Assembly (NCBI GenBank): GCA_008690995.1
Contig: VRMN01000013.1
Span: 372,001 to 406,628, forward strand
DNA from: Porphyridium purpureum
Taxonomy: Eukaryota
Direction: 5' to 3'
Length of the DNA: 34,628 nt
A program made the position numbers and the translations under genes. The notes beneath the pieces are model-generated. The model did not search any database and had not been told where the DNA came from. It saw only the letters and a list, made by a program, of their open reading frames with translations. Position 1 is the stretch's first letter, and every line of letters starts with the position of its first letter. Shown here one piece after another: positions 30,635-34,628 of the stretch.

Positions 30635-31110
30635 CACTGTGTGTGTGAGTAGCGTCATTGTAGGATGCTTTGCGACAGGCACGAGCCACGATGGATGGTG
30701 CACACGTCGTTGAAAGCGTGGACTAAGTGATCGGCGTGGTAATGAAGCTGCACGCTTGGACGCGCGCCGTGCTTGTACTGCCGGCGGTTGGAAAGCAAAG
30801 ACAAGCTAACAATAGTATGCGACCAAAGTCACGGCGCGCGAGTATACCGTGTACATCGGCACTCGCTTTGGCGCGGGTACATGCTGAAGGTCGGAGACTC
30901 CGCGCTGTCAAGCTAAGACACTATGTGGTGGGAAGTCCCTAATAGCAATTCGCGTTAGGGTTTCCTTTTCCTAGTGTAGCTCATTAATGGAAAGTGCATT
31001 GCCCAGTGTCTTCACAGGCAAATGTGGAGCCAGAGAAGAGCTACCCGCAGACGTTTTCGCCTTTCTCAAACGCCTCCTACTTCGAGCCAGTCCTTCGATT
31101 TAATGGTTTT

Positions 31111-31459
31111 GAGGGGTAGTCACTATCTGCTATATTAGTGGTTTTCAAATGCTACGGGGTGGTCACCATCTGCTACAAAAATTGCATTGAAATGCTTATG
31201 CAAAACTCAGTACAAATTTAGCTTTTTTCAGAAGGAAATTTCGTGGTAAAATCGTCTTGTTTGAGGGGGTAGTCACCAAACGTAAGGGGGTAGTCACCGT
31301 GTGAAAGCGTATGAAAGTATCTCATTTTCATAGAGACGTGTTGTATCTAAATGATTGTTTCCTGAGGGGGTAGTCACCATATGCAAGTGTATAAAAATGC
31401 TCCAGTTACTTATACACATTCTGTACTTAAATGGCATCAATCTGAGGGGGTGGTCACCA
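31111..31459 (+). repeat. Cluster of six GGGGTRGTCACY motifs in AT-rich DNA
   Basis: Copies near 31111, 31156, 31263, 31285, 31364 and 31444. Confidence 0.88.
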
Positions 31460-31938
31460 AAAGGAAGCGTGTCTTTAGTTAAACAGGCGGCAACTACATG
31501 AGCGCATGGATTTTACTAGTGAAATCTAGCTTTCCAAAGTCAAATCATACAGCGAGGCCACTTTGCCACGAAAACTCGCCATGGCAAGCGCATATGCGGA
31601 ACCCCCATGTTTACAACTTTTCCTGATCAGAATGAGCGTTTTGGTACAGAAGCCTCTGGTTTCTATGTGGGAGAATTATTTTAGTAAGAGTAATCATCGT
31701 ACTAAAACGATCGCATTTGACGGGTCGATGTTCATTTCAATGTCATCCCTACAGTGTTCGTGGGCAAGCCTTTAGCCGTGGAGTGTGAGCGAGGTTGGTC
31801 GTCGGGTTCGAGGCGGTCGAGGAGTGGTCTAGAGAAGTTTGAGGACGGGGCGGCGGGTTGTGGGCAATGGGCAGCAGCGTACCACAGTGTTTTTACTCAT
31901 GAGGCAATCACACATGCAGAGTGGAGCTAGTGTCGGTT

Positions 31939-34626
31939 TTATATTTTCTGAAGGCTCCATTCATTCGCCATGAGCTTTGTCGCTCGCTTGTACAACTCGA
32001 AGCCTTCCCAGCTCACGAGTTCGCACAGCTTGTGTGTGTAGAAGATGGTCAACTCTTCTGCTCCACCAGATCCGGGAGTGCCCATCAAGGAGAAAGCTTT
32101 TCGATACACGGCTTCCATTCTGTGCTTTAAGGCGCTTGGAGCCTTTTCGCATTTCTTTTCGCACACTTCGGTGGGGGCCAGACAACGGAAACACATGCCC
32201 AAGTTTGGCGCGAGTCTTGGTCTGATGATATTTCCGGCCGACCGTTTGCTGCAGGAGACGTGGGCCGCTGCAGATGACCGTGAGTATCGAAACCCACAGT
32301 ATGGGCAGGTGTTGGGAAACCTGTTCGGATTCTGGCATGTGCCAAGACATGTGACACCACTGCACCAGATGCATTTGTACATTGCAGTATTCCATGTCGC
32401 TCTTGCTTGTCTGATCGTCTGTAATTGCTCGCCCAGCGCGCGCGCTGGTGCAGAGCTAGCCAGTGGCGTCGCCTCGTGCTGCTGCGAGCTGGCCTGCGCG
32501 AGCAAGTGCAAAGTTGGTTGCTCCGGCACGTGCGAAGTGGGCTGCGCCATTACGTGCGAGCTTGGCGCTGCAACCGTGTGCGAGCTTGGCGCTGCAACCG
32601 TGTGCGAGCTTGGCGCTGCGACCGTGTGCGAGCTTGGCGCTGCAACCGTGTGCGAGCTTGGCTGTGCCAGCATGTACGACGTCGGTTGCGCTATCATGCC
32701 CGAACTTGGTTCTGCAACCACGTGCGTACTTGGCCGCACCATCTCGTGCAAGCTTGGCTGCGGCACCGTCACTGGGTTGGCTGTCTGAGTCACCATGGAG
32801 CGAGTGGTTAAAAGGTTGAGCACGCTGTGAACTTCGTGAGAGGATAAGTCAAGTGCACTCTCAACGAAGCGCCGTAGACCGGCTTTACTATGCCAAGGGT
32901 CGCGCTCAAAACCTGGAACCTGGCGAATGCTCGGGCTGTCACGCTGGTCCAATGCGTTCTGGAAATTTCTGTCGAAGAAAAATTCGCAGCGGGCGTGCTC
33001 ACCGTCGCGACCAACTCTGCCCCATGCTTGGACCACTTGGCTGAGTGAATGTGCTCCGCGCATCACGGCGCAGTACAAAACAGATTTGCAATTCAGCGAT
33101 GAGCTCACAGCGGATGTGCCAACGATTACCCGCGCTTGCTGCAATGCCTCAGCGTCGAGAGCTTCACGTGCTGTCAGTTTGTAACATGCATCTGAGTAAG
33201 ACTTTCTCATTTCGTCAAACCATGTGTCGGCTTCTGCATGAGTAGCACACATTATCAGTGCACGCCCACCACGAGCAAGCGCATTTTCCTGGATGGCGGC
33301 CGTAATCTGTTGAGTGCAGATTGCGCTCGTGCCAAACTCTGTCACGCTGATGTTCAATGATTCTCGAAGTGGTCGTGCACGCAAAAAGGAGTCGATGGTC
33401 ACACCAAACTCTTTAGCAACGAACGCAGCAGCATCTTCACTTATCGTCGCACTGAGAAATACAAAGCAGGATTTCGTCAAAAGCGACGCGCTCAGCTTGA
33501 CGGACATTGACTCGCGGAACGAGCTATGTTCTAGTACGACGTGACTCTCGTCCACGACAACGAGTGCGATGCGTTCTGCAATGCGTCTAAGAGCTGCACG
33601 TTGTGATGCAAGTGCATCCATGCTGGTGACGACGAGGCCGCCATGCGAACGCTCGGTACATGAGTACAAGTCAACGGCTTCAATCCTTCTACTTCTTGCC
33701 TCCTGCAATGCAGCAAACATGGAAACGCGAAGCGGTACCAAAAGCAGAACAAAGGCACCTTGCAAGCGAACGACTTTCTCCATGCACAAGTATGATGCTG
33801 ACTTACCACTTCCGCAAGGATACTGTACGCAAACGTTCTTGTCCATCAGAATTTCGTTCAGCATTTCAAGCTGCTTCCTTGCTTGCGGGCTGGCGACGGA
33901 AGCGCTACCATATACATCACGGAGCAATGTGTCTGGCGTCAAACCCGCCAGTGCGGCCCATTCTCCGAGCGAACGCTCTCTCGGATGCACGGAGCCCATC
34001 CGTGACGAAGCGTGAGTTTCCGCGCCAATCAGTGCAAGCCATGCGTCGCGACATTCCACTGTGAATGCAAACCAGTCTTCGTCTTTTACTGAAGCCAGGT
34101 AGAATGCGGCGTCTGTCGCAAGCGAGTGACCTGCGCCGCGGATCTTGTACTTTTGCGCAGGTGTGTCTACGGGCTGTATCCCTTGCGGGGCGGCAATTCC
34201 TCGGAAAGCGTCAGCGTTGTCTCGTACGCAATGCAAGTAAAGATTGCGCAAGTCCCGTAAGGTCATGGGCACGGCGCAGAACTGCCCAACAGCACATTCT
34301 ACTTGTGCAATCCACTCCTCCGGATTAAGTGCTGCACAAGTCGTTCTGCTGGCGCAGGCCCCAAAGTTTCGAAAGTCAATGCTCTCAGGTACATTTTGCC
34401 CCTGATTTTGCTGGCCGAGTATCTCGTCAATATATGCACTTGCAATCCAATGCATGATAAGCAGCACTTCTGCGACTTCCTCAGTTGGAAGATGCTCAAC
34501 AGTTTCAGTTGCAAGCGCGCGACCCAATTTCTTCTCAACAACCTCGACAACTCTCACTACACGAGTATTTAAAACAGGTCTAAGTGAATTTCCAACACTT
34601 CGGCTAGCGAGAACAAAAGTTTCCAT
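31939..34626 (-). CDS. Second YR-like / RecQ-like SF2 helicase / Zn-finger fusion protein, 5'-truncated by the window edge
   Basis: DLRN...AGHSLATDAAFY; CGSGKS, LVPLR, VVDESH, LSATI, VGTSAVS and QAWGRVGR; 8-aa HTVAAPSS repeats; CIWC...CPYC...CFRC. Its first residues align to about aa 535 of the 1401-aa protein, so the true start is probably outside the window. Confidence 0.86.
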   Translation of the reverse strand: METFVLASRSVGNSLRPVLNTRVVRVVEVVEKKLGRALATETVEHLPTEEVAEVLLIMHWIASAYIDEILGQQNQGQNVPESIDFRNFGACASRTTCAALNPEEWIAQVECAVGQFCAVPMTLRDLRNLYLHCVRDNADAFRGIAAPQGIQPVDTPAQKYKIRGAGHSLATDAAFYLASVKDEDWFAFTVECRDAWLALIGAETHASSRMGSVHPRERSLGEWAALAGLTPDTLLRDVYGSASVASPQARKQLEMLNEILMDKNVCVQYPCGSGKSASYLCMEKVVRLQGAFVLLLVPLRVSMFAALQEARSRRIEAVDLYSCTERSHGGLVVTSMDALASQRAALRRIAERIALVVVDESHVVLEHSSFRESMSVKLSASLLTKSCFVFLSATISEDAAAFVAKEFGVTIDSFLRARPLRESLNISVTEFGTSAICTQQITAAIQENALARGGRALIMCATHAEADTWFDEMRKSYSDACYKLTAREALDAEALQQARVIVGTSAVSSSLNCKSVLYCAVMRGAHSLSQVVQAWGRVGRDGEHARCEFFFDRNFQNALDQRDSPSIRQVPGFERDPWHSKAGLRRFVESALDLSSHEVHSVLNLLTTRSMVTQTANPVTVPQPSLHEMVRPSTHVVAEPSSGMIAQPTSYMLAQPSSHTVAAPSSHTVAAPSSHTVAAPSSHTVAAPSSHVMAQPTSHVPEQPTLHLLAQASSQQHEATPLASSAPARALGEQLQTIRQARATWNTAMYKCIWCSGVTCLGTCQNPNRFPNTCPYCGFRYSRSSAAAHVSCSKRSAGNIIRPRLAPNLGMCFRCLAPTEVCEKKCEKAPSALKHRMEAVYRKAFSLMGTPGSGGAEELTIFYTHKLCELVSWEGFELYKRATKLMANEWSLQKI

Positions 34627-34628
34627 AG

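Noticed and set aside
34623..34628. CCATAG at the very end of the window as an element terminus
   Set aside because: It falls inside the helicase coding region where homology to the first paralogue is ongoing; cannot be evaluated without flanking sequence.

Overview
Eukaryotic, GC-rich, apparently intron-free DNA from an accessory or repeat-rich region; the organism cannot be determined from the sequence. The left third holds a WD40-EH-EH-SAM-like gene, an MLKL-type four-helix-bundle/protein kinase gene with a decayed Sel1/coiled-coil tail, and a DXD (GT32-like) glycosyltransferase. From about 11.9 kb to the end, two divergent, convergently oriented genes each appear to fuse a tyrosine-recombinase-like (YR) catalytic region to a RecQ-like SF2 helicase and zinc fingers. 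The first lies between 494-bp direct repeats. Between the two genes is a head-to-tail mosaic of reused modules whose junctions fall on CCATA(G)-like words, with 20-22-bp periodic G-rich motifs and cargo made of fragments of the kinase-Sel1 gene family. This is a candidate Crypton-like or integron-like cassette system. Inserted into one module is a young 6.0-kb LTR retrotransposon that looks chimeric: Gypsy-type gag and protease with a -1 frameshift pseudoknot, Copia-type IN-RT-RNase H, a TRF/telobox-like Myb domain after the integrase, and LTR ends lacking the canonical CA. All domain calls come from motifs read by eye; no searches were run.
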